Positions 41,001 through 50,122 of a stretch of DNA of 64,000 nucleotides are shown one piece after another. How positions within the stretch are numbered: the first letter of the stretch is position 1; each line of letters begins with the position of its first letter. Below the pieces are notes generated by a model. The model made no database searches. It was given only the letters and a program-made list of their open reading frames with translations, and was not told the DNA's origin. The stretch lies in contig CAWKDB010000010.1 of the NCBI GenBank assembly GCA_963848295.1, positions 4,736,001-4,800,000 of the forward strand. The letters run 5' to 3'. Both the position numbers and the translations under genes were made by a program. The DNA is from an uncultured delta proteobacterium. Lineage in GTDB: Bacteria; Myxococcota_A; Polyangia; Haliangiales; Haliangiaceae.

Positions 41001-41610
41001 GCAGCGTCTCGGCGAGCTCGTCGTGACTGTAGCGCGTGTCATCTAGCCCGTCGACCAGGTCGACGAGCGAGCCCAGCCGGATCGCGATCTCGGCGGCGGG
41101 CAGGATCAGATCGATCATGCCGGTGGCGATCGCGGCGAGCGGCATCGCCGGGTAGTCGGCATCGGTCGGCGCCTGTGCGATCGTCAGCCCGCCGACCTCC
41201 TTGATCCGTTTGATGCCGAGCGTGCCGTCGATGCCGTTGCCGGCGAGCACGATGCCGGTCGCGGCGCGACCTAGCTCGTCGGCGAGCGTGCGAAACAAGC
41301 GATCGAGCGGCGCGCGGCGCTCGACTGTCGGATCGGCGAACCCGAACGCGCCGCGCTCGAACACCACCTCGCGCTCGGGTGGCGCGACGTAGACATGATC
41401 CGGGCGGGGCAACTCGCCTGCCGCCACCTCGACGACCGGGAGCGGCGATGCGAGGCGCGCCGACGGCAAGAAATCATCGACGCCGGTGTACGCGATCACG
41501 TAGGCGCGACCGGTACTCGCGGGCAACGAGCGCACGACCTGCTCGAGCGCAAAGCGACTCTCGCCGCCGATCGCGACTACACCGCGCCGAAGATCGGGCG
41601 CCTCGCCCAT
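38047..41610 (-). CDS. CheB-like/CheR/PAS/histidine kinase fusion
   Basis: CheB-like N-terminus, CheR (VTNFFRD, GCASGEEAYS, DLVSCRN), coiled coil SNEEL..SKEELQSVNEEL, PAS, FLATLSHELRNPL, GLGIGL. Confidence 0.92.
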   Translation of the reverse strand: MGEAPDLRRGVVAIGGESRFALEQVVRSLPASTGRAYVIAYTGVDDFLPSARLASPLPVVEVAAGELPRPDHVYVAPPEREVVFERGAFGFADPTVERRAPLDRLFRTLADELGRAATGIVLAGNGIDGTLGIKRIKEVGGLTIAQAPTDADYPAMPLAAIATGMIDLILPAAEIAIRLGSLVDLVDGLDDTRYSHDELAETLRDILTLVRIRTGHDFTYYKRATLYRRLARRMQVCEVSSIADYHRHVRERPNELMSLVHDFLISVTNFFRDPETFEALERLVIPKLFAGRDRSEHIRVWVSGCASGEEAYSIGMLLLEHASQLREPPGIQIFATDIDEGALANARTGRYSEAIAVDVSPERLDRFFVREASFYRVRKELRELALFSPHNVLRDPPFSRLDLVSCRNMLIYFDREAQQRALSMFHFGLRKDGCLFLGASESAENGGVLFTALDAKARLFTRRPSPSPVSYDLGFSGLRWPMGIPAAIEGVMNGDRSPSSFGELHHRIVEHYAPPSVLLNEDLEVVHVSEHASRFLALPGGEPTRQILRLVHPGLRLELRSAIYRARQVGRAGDTRVVRFDDDGRAREIEIRVQTVDKPDVAARLLLVMFDERDGLSRVDAHDLGGERVAAPVVDELEAELQRTRDQLRQTIEQYETSVEELKASNEELHAINEEVRSASEELETSKEELQSVNEELSTVNHELKLKVDELGRANGDLQNLMTSTDIAVVFLDRTLHVGRFTPRARDLFNIIPSDIGRPFAHLTHKLDCHDLAESALEVLEHLHHVEREVRTRDGGHFLARILPYRSLEDRIEGVVLTFIDVTELTRAQDALRASDGMLHLAERTANMGIWTIDAAARRIRMSDECARLHGFEPSAEVALDDWFGRVAETDRERVRGAVDAAAGGAELSVEYQLTHPAGPRWLWSLGRAPADRDVEGTLAGIAIDVTDRRRAERSLRESDRRKDEFLATLSHELRNPLNPLRVALDLQQLHPSDAEEVQRTGAIMDRQVDHLIRLVDDLLDLSRITQGKVELAVESLDASALALAAVEDTRMLFESAGHHLDLQIADGPLQVRGDRTRLIQILVNLLTNAAKYTPDGGEIALEVRASAGRVVFAVRDNGVGIAADDLPTVFDLYTQCRDARGRTRGGLGIGLNLVLRMVELHGGRVSARSAGLGCGSEFVVEIPMES

Positions 41611-41767
41611 CGAATCACCAACGTCCGCCGTCACGACGAGCGGAACAAACCACGTCGGATCGAAGTCGGCAAGTCGGCGCTGGCAACCTTGTCGGATCTC
41701 ACGCTCGGGTCTGGGTGCGTATGCCCCGATACGCGCTCGTCCTGAGGAAAACGCGGAGGCGCGGGTG

Positions 41768-41783
41768 CGGCACATGGATTGCT
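41768..41783 (+). promoter_or_regulatory. Putative sigma-54 promoter
   Basis: CGGCAC-ATGGA-TTGCT ending 15 nt before ATG 41799. Confidence 0.6.
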
Positions 41784-41798
41784 GTTCAGACGATCATC

Positions 41799-42554
41799 AT
41801 GCGTGTCGAACAGGTCGTGCACGTCGAGCCCGCTCCGCCTGTTGCACTCGTACCGAGCCGAGGCAAACCGCACCAGCTGCGGCGCGTGTCGGCGTGCGCT
41901 TGTGCGGTTATTGCTCCGCTCTCGGTGTGCGTCGGCCTCGGCTCCATCGGGGTGGTCACCGCCGTGTTCGTCGCGTGCGGCCTGGTCGGCGGCTGTATCG
42001 GGATGTTGCGGTTTCGCTCGGTGCAGCGCTGCATCGACCACCAGGCCGCGCGCAGCGCCCGAGCGAGGCGCGAGGCCCGCCGGCAGCGCGCGATGGACCG
42101 CGCGAGTGGCGCGCGCCAGGAGCAATACGCCGCGTTATCCAAGCTCGTCGAAGACATCGAGCGATCCGATCCGCGCGAGGCACGGCGCTTCGAGCTCCAG
42201 GACTTGCTCGACTACTACGTGCGCCTCAGCGTGAATCACCAGCGCTGCGTGGAGTCCTTGCGCACGGTGGGCACGATGACGTTATCTCCGTCCCTCGACA
42301 TGAGCTCCGTGCGCGACCACGCACGAAGCCGGCGGTGTTCGGAGATCGCATCGCGTCGCGCTCGTCACCATCGCATGTGCACCGAGCAACTCGAGCACGC
42401 CGCCGAGGAGCTCGATGCGATCGACGAGCTCATCCGCCTGGTCGCGCAGCGCCTCACCTCCGCCAGGTTCGCGCTGTTCACCGACGGCACGATCGAGCGC
42501 AGGCTCGCCGAGATCGACGAGATCGATGCCGCGCTGGCGCAGCTGTCCGCGTGA
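41799..42554 (+). CDS. Hypothetical membrane protein with coiled-coil C-terminus
   Basis: Two hydrophobic segments followed by a helical region (LQDLLDYYVRL..ELDAIDELIRL). Confidence 0.65.
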   Translation: MRVEQVVHVEPAPPVALVPSRGKPHQLRRVSACACAVIAPLSVCVGLGSIGVVTAVFVACGLVGGCIGMLRFRSVQRCIDHQAARSARARREARRQRAMDRASGARQEQYAALSKLVEDIERSDPREARRFELQDLLDYYVRLSVNHQRCVESLRTVGTMTLSPSLDMSSVRDHARSRRCSEIASRRARHHRMCTEQLEHAAEELDAIDELIRLVAQRLTSARFALFTDGTIERRLAEIDEIDAALAQLSA

Positions 42555-42570
42555 GCCATGATCGCGCGGG

Positions 42571-45063
42571 TCAGCGTAGCGGCGGGGTCCGCTCGCCACG
42601 CCGCAGCGCTCCGTTCCGAGACGCGGGTGGACCGAGCTCGCCGAACGGCAACGCGAGCGGGAGCCACGGCGAGCTCGGCGGGTAATCGTCGACCTGAATC
42701 GCGGCATCGCGAGCGGCGATGGCTTCGCGCAAGAGATCGCGCTCGTCGGGGGTGAGCACCCGGTGCGCGGCGGCCTCGTCGAGTAACTGCTCGGGCTCGC
42801 GATGACGAGGTAGCCGCCCGGCGCGCTGGGCATCGCGCAGCTTGGTGCGAAGCGGCGCGACCGCGACGGCGAGCTCGAGCGCATGTTCTAGCTGTCCGAG
42901 CCCGGGCTCGTCGGCCTCGGGCACGAAGATGTCGCTGGTCAGCCGTAGCCGCGCCGCAGTGCCGTCGAGCAACGTGCGGCCCGCCGCCGCCGTGACGCGA
43001 TCGCTCGGTGGCCGGAGGCGCGCGCCGAGCGGGAACATGCACACGCGCAGCACGGCGGCCGCGAAGCGATTCGGTAGATTCCGGATCACGCCGTCGAGCG
43101 CCTGTTGCGTTTGCCACAGCGCCTCGGTCGTCGCCCACTCGAACAACGCGTCGTCGTCGGGTTGGGCCGTGGCGACGTAGCGATTCACGGTCGCCGCCGC
43201 GATGTACAACCACGCGAGCGCGTCTGCCATCCGACCCGCGATGGCCTCCGCGCGCTTGAGCGATCCGCCGAGCGTGACCATCGCGACATCGGTCGTCAGC
43301 GCGAACGCCGCCGACAACCGGGCGAGCTTGCGGATCACCGACTTCGCTTCGCCCGCGACCGGAGCGTGCGCGAGCGCCCCGCCGGTGAGTGCGAGCACCC
43401 ACGACCGCGCGGCGTTCCGGATCATGAAGCTGGTGTGACCGGCCAGCGCGCGATCGAATGCGATCAGGTCGTGTGCCTCCGCCGCGCGCATCTCGGCGAG
43501 CGCCCACGGATGACAGCGGATCGCGCCCTGGCCGAACACGATCAGCGATCGGGTCAGGATGTTCGCCCCCTCCACCGTGATGCCGACCGGCGAGCCCTCG
43601 TAGATCGCGGCTAACGAGTTGTGCGGCCCCTTGCAGATGCCGACGCCGCCCGCGATATCCATCGCGTCGTTCGCGATGCGGCGCAGGGCTTCGGTCTCCC
43701 AGCACTTCGCGATCGCCGAGATCACACCGGGGTGCTCGCCGGCGTCGACCGCACCGGCGGTGACGACGCGTACCGCGTTCATCCAGTACATCGTGCCGGC
43801 GATCCGGCCGAGCGGTGCCGCGATGCCCTCGAACCGGCCGATCGGCAGCCCGAACTGTTCGCGAATGGTCGCGTATGCGCCGACGACGCGCGTCGCGAGC
43901 TGCGCGCTGCCGACCGCGTCGGCGGGAAGGCTGAGCGAACGCCCCGCGGACAGGCACTCCATCAGCATCTTCCAGCCGTGTCCGGCCATCTCGGGCCCGC
44001 CGATGATGTGGTCGAGGGGGACGAACACGTCGGTACCTCGCGTCGGGCCGTTCTGAAACGGCACCGACATCGGATCGTGACGATGGCCGATCCACACGCC
44101 GCGCGCGTGGACCGGGATCAGCGCACACGTGATGCCGACCTCGACGCTGTCGCCGATCAGGTGGTCAGGATCTCGCAGGCGAAACGCGAGGCCGAGCACG
44201 GTCGCGATCGGCGCGAGCGTGATGTAGCGCTTGTCCCAGGTCAGCCGAATGCCGATGACCTCGCGACCTTGCCAGGTGCCGGTGCAGACGATCCCGGTCG
44301 CGCGGATCCCGGCGGCATCCGAGCCCGCATGCGGCTCGGTGAGCGCAAAGCACGGCACCTCGTCGCCGACCGCGAGACGCGGGAGATAATGTCGCTTCTG
44401 CTCGTCGGTGCCGTAGCGCAGCAACAGCTCGGCCGGGCCAAGTGAGTTCGGCACCATGACGGTGACGCACGCGGCGGCGCTGCGCGACGCGAGCATCGCG
44501 ACGACGGAGCTGTGTGCGATCGCCGAGAACCCGAGCCCGCCGAAGTGACCCGGGATGATCATGCCCATGAAGCGCTCGCGCTTGATGAAGCTCCACACCG
44601 CGGGCGGAAGATCGCCGGCGGCGCGAACGGCGTGGTCGTCGATCATCCGGCACAGCTGGGCGCACGGACCTTCGAGAAATTCGGTCTCGCGCTCGGACAG
44701 CAGCGTCGGCGCGAACCGCACGATGCGGTCCCAGCGTGGCGCGCCCGAGAACAGCGCAGCGTCCCACCAGACCGTCCCGGCCTCGAGCGCGACCCGCTCG
44801 GTCTCGCTCATCGTGGGGAGCATCGGCGCCAACTTCGCGAATGCGGCGCGCGTGATCACGCGTCTGCGAACGATCGGGACACCGGTCGCGAGCCCGACCG
44901 CGGTCCACGCGACGAGCACGACGGCCAATCCCCAGCCGCCGCCGCGTGCCGCCCACGTCGCGAGGACGATCGCCGTCGCTGCGATCCACGCCCACCAGCT
45001 ACGGCCTACGTAGGCCAGCCCGATCGCGACGAGCAGCGCTACGACGATCGCCACCGCGATCAT
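42571..45063 (-). CDS. fadE: Acyl-CoA dehydrogenase (FadE long type)
   Basis: N-terminal TM; MSETERVALEAGTVWWD, MVPNSLGPAELL, CFALTEPHAGSDA, ITVEGANILTR. Confidence 0.9.
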   Translation of the reverse strand: MIAVAIVVALLVAIGLAYVGRSWWAWIAATAIVLATWAARGGGWGLAVVLVAWTAVGLATGVPIVRRRVITRAAFAKLAPMLPTMSETERVALEAGTVWWDAALFSGAPRWDRIVRFAPTLLSERETEFLEGPCAQLCRMIDDHAVRAAGDLPPAVWSFIKRERFMGMIIPGHFGGLGFSAIAHSSVVAMLASRSAAACVTVMVPNSLGPAELLLRYGTDEQKRHYLPRLAVGDEVPCFALTEPHAGSDAAGIRATGIVCTGTWQGREVIGIRLTWDKRYITLAPIATVLGLAFRLRDPDHLIGDSVEVGITCALIPVHARGVWIGHRHDPMSVPFQNGPTRGTDVFVPLDHIIGGPEMAGHGWKMLMECLSAGRSLSLPADAVGSAQLATRVVGAYATIREQFGLPIGRFEGIAAPLGRIAGTMYWMNAVRVVTAGAVDAGEHPGVISAIAKCWETEALRRIANDAMDIAGGVGICKGPHNSLAAIYEGSPVGITVEGANILTRSLIVFGQGAIRCHPWALAEMRAAEAHDLIAFDRALAGHTSFMIRNAARSWVLALTGGALAHAPVAGEAKSVIRKLARLSAAFALTTDVAMVTLGGSLKRAEAIAGRMADALAWLYIAAATVNRYVATAQPDDDALFEWATTEALWQTQQALDGVIRNLPNRFAAAVLRVCMFPLGARLRPPSDRVTAAAGRTLLDGTAARLRLTSDIFVPEADEPGLGQLEHALELAVAVAPLRTKLRDAQRAGRLPRHREPEQLLDEAAAHRVLTPDERDLLREAIAARDAAIQVDDYPPSSPWLPLALPFGELGPPASRNGALRRGERTPPLR

Positions 45064-47018
45064 GCGGCGTGTCCCAGCCGGCCGCGCATCACCGAGATGA
45101 GCCCGCCGGCGAGCACCATCTCGACCTCGCGCGGCGAGAGATCGTGCGCGACGCGAAGCGAGCTCGACCGCGTCTGATTGCGGACCTCGAACGGCTGCGC
45201 TTCGCGCAGAGCGCGGTGGAGCGCGGTGAGCTCGATCGTGTCTCCGAGATGGATCTGCTCGCGATCGGCGGCGGTCGCGAACGTCAACGGCACGACGCCG
45301 AAGTGGATCAGGTTGTCGCGGTGAATCCGCGCGAACTGCACCGCGATCACCACGCGCAAGCCGAGGTAGCGCGGTGCGAGCGCGGCGTGCTCGCGACTCG
45401 AGCCCTGACCGTAGTTGCGGCCGGCGATGATCACGTGCCCGCTCGCCTGCGCTTCGAGCGCTCGCGTCGGATACGTGTGATCGAGCGGCTCGAACGCGAA
45501 GCGGCTGATCTGTTCGATGTTGCTGCGGAACGGCAGCACGCGCGTGCCCGCCGGTAAGATCTCGTCGGTCGAGATGTCGTCGCCGAGCTCGAGCAGCACG
45601 GGCAGGACGAGCACGTCGGCGAGCGGCTCGAACGTCGGCAGCGCGCGGATGTTCGGACCCTTGTCGAGCGGGATGCGGCGCGCCGACTCGGCCGACATCG
45701 GCGGGACGAGCATCGCCAGGTCGAGCCGTGGCCGATCCGGATCGCGCACGTGCGGATAGCTCATGCCGAGCGTTCGCGGGTCGGTGATCACGCCGGTCAG
45801 CGCCGACGCGGCCGCGGTCTCCGGGCTGACGAGATAGACTTGGTCCTCGCGCGTCCCGGACCGGCCCGGGAAGTTTCGCGGCACGGTCCGCAAGCTGATC
45901 CGATCGGTCGCGGGTGCCTGGCCCATGCCGATGCAGCCGTTGCAGCCGGCTTGGTGGAGCCGCGCGCCGGCACGGAGCAGCGCGCTGGCGTGGCCACCGG
46001 CGACCAGCGTCTCGAGGATCTGACGCGACGTCGGGTTGATGTCGAACGACACGCGATCGTGGATGTGGCGGCGCTTCACGATCTCGGCGGCGATCGCGAA
46101 GTCGCGATAACCGGGGTTCGCGGACGAGCCGATATACGCCTGATAGATCTCGCGCCCAGCGACCTCGCGCACCGGCACCACGTTGCCCGGGCTCGACGGC
46201 AGCGCGATCATCGGCACGAGCGCGGACAGATCGATCGTCTCGGTGACGTCATAGGCCGCGTCGTCATCGGCGACGAGCTCGGTGAAGTCGGCCTCGCGAT
46301 CTTGCGCACGCAGGAACCGCCGCACCTCGTCGTCCGCGGGGAACACCGAGGTCGTCGCTCCGAGCTCGGCCCCCATGTTCGCGATCACGTGGCGGTCCAT
46401 CGCCGACAAGCAGCGCAGCCCCGGGCCGTGATACTCGATGATGCGGCCGAGCCCGCCACGCACACCGTGGCGGCGCAACATCTCGAGGATGACGTCCTTG
46501 GCGCTGACCCAATCCGGCAGCGCACCTTCGAGCCGAACGCCCCAGATCTTCGGCATCCGGATATGGAACGGCTCTCCGGCCATCGCGAGCGCGACCTCGA
46601 GCCCACCCGCACCGATCGCGAGCATACCGAGCGCGCCCGCTGCACACGTGTGGCTATCGGAGCCGAGCATCGTCTTGCCCGGCTTGGCGAACCGCTCCAT
46701 GTGCAGCGGGTGGCTGACGCCATTGCCCGGTGGGCTGTACCAGACTCCGAATCGGCGACACGCGCTGCGCAAGAACAGATGATCGTCGGCGTTCTTGAAG
46801 TCGGCCTGGAGCAAGTTGTGATCGACGTACTGCGCCGAGACCTCGGTGCGTACGCGGTCGAGCCCCATCGCCTCGAGCTCGAGCATCACGAGCGTCCCGG
46901 TCGCGTCCTGCGTCAACGTCTGATCGATCCGGATCGCGATCTCGCCGCCGCGATCCTCCCCGCCTGCTACGAGATGCGACTCGATCAGCTTGATCGCCAC
47001 GCTCTTCGGGTGGGCCAT
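45060..47018 (-). CDS. Aconitate hydratase (short, Aquifex/mitochondrial-like type)
   Basis: QDATG, DHN, GSDSHTC, IGSSAN, GCNGCIG, RNFPGRSG, NYGQGSSREHA. Confidence 0.92.
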   Translation of the reverse strand: MAHPKSVAIKLIESHLVAGGEDRGGEIAIRIDQTLTQDATGTLVMLELEAMGLDRVRTEVSAQYVDHNLLQADFKNADDHLFLRSACRRFGVWYSPPGNGVSHPLHMERFAKPGKTMLGSDSHTCAAGALGMLAIGAGGLEVALAMAGEPFHIRMPKIWGVRLEGALPDWVSAKDVILEMLRRHGVRGGLGRIIEYHGPGLRCLSAMDRHVIANMGAELGATTSVFPADDEVRRFLRAQDREADFTELVADDDAAYDVTETIDLSALVPMIALPSSPGNVVPVREVAGREIYQAYIGSSANPGYRDFAIAAEIVKRRHIHDRVSFDINPTSRQILETLVAGGHASALLRAGARLHQAGCNGCIGMGQAPATDRISLRTVPRNFPGRSGTREDQVYLVSPETAAASALTGVITDPRTLGMSYPHVRDPDRPRLDLAMLVPPMSAESARRIPLDKGPNIRALPTFEPLADVLVLPVLLELGDDISTDEILPAGTRVLPFRSNIEQISRFAFEPLDHTYPTRALEAQASGHVIIAGRNYGQGSSREHAALAPRYLGLRVVIAVQFARIHRDNLIHFGVVPLTFATAADREQIHLGDTIELTALHRALREAQPFEVRNQTRSSSLRVAHDLSPREVEMVLAGGLISVMRGRLGHAA

Positions 47019-47031
47019 GAGTTACGTCGGC

Positions 47032-47047
47032 TGCATCCGACGTGCCC
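47032..47047 (-). promoter_or_regulatory. Putative sigma-54 promoter of aconitase-fadE
   Basis: Minus strand GGGCAC-GTCGG-ATGCA (GG-N10-GC) ending 13 nt upstream of ATG 47018. Confidence 0.55.
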
Positions 47048-47171
47048 GCAGGCCGCGCTCACCGGATCCTCGTCGGACGGCGGGAGCGTGCGCGTCGGCC
47101 CGTCGGCGCGCTCGTTGTGACGTCCGCGACCGCTCACAAGCGCTACAGCCTCGTTTGCACACGATTCGCGC

Positions 47172-47187
47172 TGGCACACAGATCGCT
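47172..47187 (+). promoter_or_regulatory. Putative sigma-54 promoter of hsp20
   Basis: TGGCAC-ACAGA-TCGCT. Confidence 0.5.
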
Positions 47188-47311
47188 TTGCGGTTGCGAT
47201 GCAATGGCGACTATCGAACCGACCAGTGAACCAAAGAAGGCGACAGGGCTGATCCGCGGACTGCGTGATCGATGGCGGTCGAAGCGCACTCAACGAAAAG
47301 GAGATCGTGTC

Positions 47312-47782
47312 ATGGCAAATGAAATCGTGAAGCGCGGCGAGTATCCGATGACCGAATGGGATCCGTTCCGCATGATGCGCGAGATGATGCGCTGGGATCC
47401 GTTTCGCGGCGCGATGGCGATGCCGCAGCTCGACCGCGACGTCTGGATGCCGCACTTCGACGTGCGCGAGACCGACAACTCGATCCGGATCCTCGCGGAC
47501 GTTCCCGGCGTCAAGCGCGAGGACCTCGACATCAGCCTCAGCGGGAATCGCCTGATCGTGTCGGGCAAGCGCGAGGCCGAGCAGCGCAACAAGGATGACA
47601 ACGTCCACACCTGGGAACGGCAGTACGGCCAGTTCACGCGCACGTTCACGCTGCCCGAGAACGTCGATCTCGAGCACGTGACGAGCGGTCTGCAAGAGGG
47701 CGTGCTGACGATCGTGGCACCGCTCTCCGCTGCTTCGAAGGCGCGCAAGATCCTGATCGGCGGAGCGCAGTCGAAGTCGTAG
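47312..47782 (+). CDS. Hsp20/alpha-crystallin small heat shock protein
   Basis: RBS AAGGAG; WDPF repeats, ADVPGV, ERQYGQFTRTFTLP, GVLTI. Confidence 0.95.
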   Translation: MANEIVKRGEYPMTEWDPFRMMREMMRWDPFRGAMAMPQLDRDVWMPHFDVRETDNSIRILADVPGVKREDLDISLSGNRLIVSGKREAEQRNKDDNVHTWERQYGQFTRTFTLPENVDLEHVTSGLQEGVLTIVAPLSAASKARKILIGGAQSKS

Positions 47783-47801
47783 ACCGTCTGCGAGATCGCC
47801 C

Positions 47802-47831
47802 GAAAACGAAAAGGCCGCCAAACAGCGGCCC
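47802..47831 (-). terminator. Intrinsic terminator downstream of tRNA-Leu
   Basis: Minus strand GGCCGC-tgtttg-GCGGCC followed by TTTTCGTTTT. Confidence 0.6.
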
Positions 47832-47837
47832 AGTTCG

Positions 47838-47919
47838 TGCGAACGGGGGGACTCGAACCCCCACGATTTTACTCACTAGCACCTCAAGCTAGCGCGTCTA
47901 CCAATTCCGCCACGTTCGC
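47838..47919 (-). tRNA. tRNA-Leu (anticodon GAG), CCA not encoded
   Basis: GCGAACG/CGTTCGC acceptor stem, TGGCGGAATTGGTAGAC D-arm, CTAGC-TTGAGGT-GCTAG anticodon arm, long variable arm, GGTTCGAGTCC. Confidence 0.96.
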
Positions 47920-48273
47920 AAGCTCGGCGTCCCGAGGGGCTACGTAAGTAGCGCTTCGCGCGGTGCGGAGTCAATTGAGCCGGATCGATCAACAACGCGG
48001 CCGGCGAGGCAGCGACGCGTCGATCTTCGGCGACCGTCCCGGCGCGGTAATCGAGGCGCTTTGCCCCGACCTGTCGGCGCGCTGTACAACGTCGGTTCAG
48101 CGGCGCGCTGGTCGAACCGGCAAAAACCTGACGACCTGTGTTCAGAGTCGTCGTTAAAAACTCAACACGGCGATCTCACACCCGTTATTTGAGTAGGGAG
48201 AGGCTTTGGTCCGGGCGCACCGGTTCTTGCTTCTGTCACCCAATTGTCCTACTCCACAGCCGAGGTAGCCTGC

Positions 48274-49335
48274 ATGTCCCGCTCTCTTAAGGGTGCTCTG
48301 ATCGGATTCGGATTCATCGCCGAGAAAGGCCACGTCCCGGCTTACCTCGCCGCGCCCGAGGCATTCGAGATCGTTGCAGTTGCCGAGATCTGCTCCGCGC
48401 GCCGCGCGAAGGCTCGCGAGGTCTTGCCGAAAGCTCGGATCTACCCGGATACCAAAACGCTGCTCTCCGCCGAGGCCAAGAACCTCGACTTCGTGGACGT
48501 CGCGACACCGCCTTGCGACCACGCCGCCATCGCTCATGCGGCGTTCGAGCACGGTCTGCACGTGTTCTGCGAGAAGCCGATCGCGACCAGCGGCGCCGAT
48601 GCAAAGTCGTTGCTCGATCACGCCTCCGCGGTCAAGCGCGTGTTCTTCCCGTCGCACAATTACAAGCACGCGCCGGTGATCAAGGCGATCCGCGGCGTGC
48701 TCGAGTCGGGTGAGCTCGGCGCGATCCATCTGGTCACGCTGGACACGTTCCGCACGACCCACGCCAAGGGAGTCGGCGAGTGGCAGCCGGACTGGCGCCG
48801 TCACCGCACGACGTCGGGCGGCGGCATCGCGATGGACCACGGCAGCCATACGTTCTATCTCGCATTCGATTGGCTCGCCGCGCAGCCCACCGCGATCACC
48901 GCGAAGATGTCGAACCTGTCGGCGTTCGATACCGAAGACAACTTCGCCTGCACGGTCACGTTCCCGACCGGCATCGCGGTCGCTCAGTTGACGTGGAACT
49001 CGGGCTTCCGCAAGGTCATCTACACGATCCACGGCGCGAACGGCGCCATCAAGGTCGAGGACGACGATCTCGAGATTCACCGCAAGCGTCCGGGCGGCAA
49101 GGTCGAGGTCGAGAAGCGCTCGCTGTCGTCGAACTGGATGGACGCCGCGCACGCCGAATGGTTCAAGGCTCTGCAGGTCGAATTCGCGGCGGCGATCCAT
49201 ACCAAGACGTTCGTGGGTCGCGAAGCGCGCGACGCGGCGATGTGCGTGCAGCTGATCGAGACGGCGTACGCCTCGGCCCGCGCCGACGGTCGCCAGCTCG
49301 AGCTCGGCCCGTCGCGCACCGCGAAGGCCGGCTGA
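48274..49335 (+). CDS. Gfo/Idh/MocA family NAD(P) oxidoreductase (inositol dehydrogenase-like)
   Basis: IGFGFIA, VATPP, HVFCEKP, GGGIAMDHGSH. Confidence 0.92.
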   Translation: MSRSLKGALIGFGFIAEKGHVPAYLAAPEAFEIVAVAEICSARRAKAREVLPKARIYPDTKTLLSAEAKNLDFVDVATPPCDHAAIAHAAFEHGLHVFCEKPIATSGADAKSLLDHASAVKRVFFPSHNYKHAPVIKAIRGVLESGELGAIHLVTLDTFRTTHAKGVGEWQPDWRRHRTTSGGGIAMDHGSHTFYLAFDWLAAQPTAITAKMSNLSAFDTEDNFACTVTFPTGIAVAQLTWNSGFRKVIYTIHGANGAIKVEDDDLEIHRKRPGGKVEVEKRSLSSNWMDAAHAEWFKALQVEFAAAIHTKTFVGREARDAAMCVQLIETAYASARADGRQLELGPSRTAKAG

Positions 49336-49356
49336 AGAAGATCGGGTCGCTGGCCC

Positions 49357-50109
49357 GTGCAGGACATCTACTTCTCGTACTTCATGGGCTCCCTGCTCGT
49401 GACGGTCGTGGTGTTGTACGGGATCCGGCTGGTGTCGCGTGGCGCCGCGCACAGCGACCGGGTCGGGCAGATCGGCGGCACCGCGCTGGTCGGCCAAGGC
49501 GCGATGGAGACGACCTACTGGGTGCTCGATCCGTTCGTGCGCGGGCTCGTGGCGATCGGCGCCACGCCGAACATGGTCACCTGGAGCGCGCTGGTTTTCG
49601 GGCTCGGCGCTGGTGTCGCGGTCGGGTTCGGTTGGTTTGGCCTGTGCTGCGTGCTCGCGACCGCGTCGACGTTCCTCGACATCCTCGACGGACAGGTCGC
49701 GCGGATGACGAAGAAGAGCTCGAATAGCGGCGAGTTGCTCGACGCGGCGATCGATCGCTATACCGAGTTCGCGATGCTCGCCGGCCTGATCGTGTTCCTG
49801 CGCGACTCGGTGCTACTGATGGGCCTCGCGCTGCTCGCGCTGCTCGCGTGCTTCATGGTCAGCTACGCGAGCGCGAAGGCCGAAGCGCTGCACGTCTCGC
49901 CGCCGCGCGGGTTGATGCGCCGCCACGAGCGCGCGACTTATATCATCACCGCCGCCGGGTTCACGCCGCTCGTCGGGCCATGGTTTCATGCGCAGTGGAG
50001 CGCGCTGCCTTGGTACAGTCTGGAGCTGGTCGCGCTCGGGGTGGTCGCGATGGTCGGCAACTTCGCGGCGATCCAGCGCTTCGTCCGAATCGCGCGCGCG
50101 TTGAGGTAA
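49357..50109 (+). CDS. CDP-alcohol phosphatidyltransferase, PI(P)-synthase-like
   Basis: TPNMVT, DILDGQVAR..GELLDAAIDRYTE, MVSYASAKAE..RHER. Confidence 0.9.
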   Translation: MQDIYFSYFMGSLLVTVVVLYGIRLVSRGAAHSDRVGQIGGTALVGQGAMETTYWVLDPFVRGLVAIGATPNMVTWSALVFGLGAGVAVGFGWFGLCCVLATASTFLDILDGQVARMTKKSSNSGELLDAAIDRYTEFAMLAGLIVFLRDSVLLMGLALLALLACFMVSYASAKAEALHVSPPRGLMRRHERATYIITAAGFTPLVGPWFHAQWSALPWYSLELVALGVVAMVGNFAAIQRFVRIARALR

Positions 50110-50122
50110 AACCGCGCCTTCC

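Noticed and set aside
47204..47311. Longer Hsp20 start (MATIEP..)
   Set aside because: A strong RBS precedes ATG 47312, and the extension is not Hsp20-like
47783..47860. Prophage or ICE attachment site at tRNA-Leu
   Set aside because: No integrase and no duplicate of the tRNA 3' end found by eye in the window
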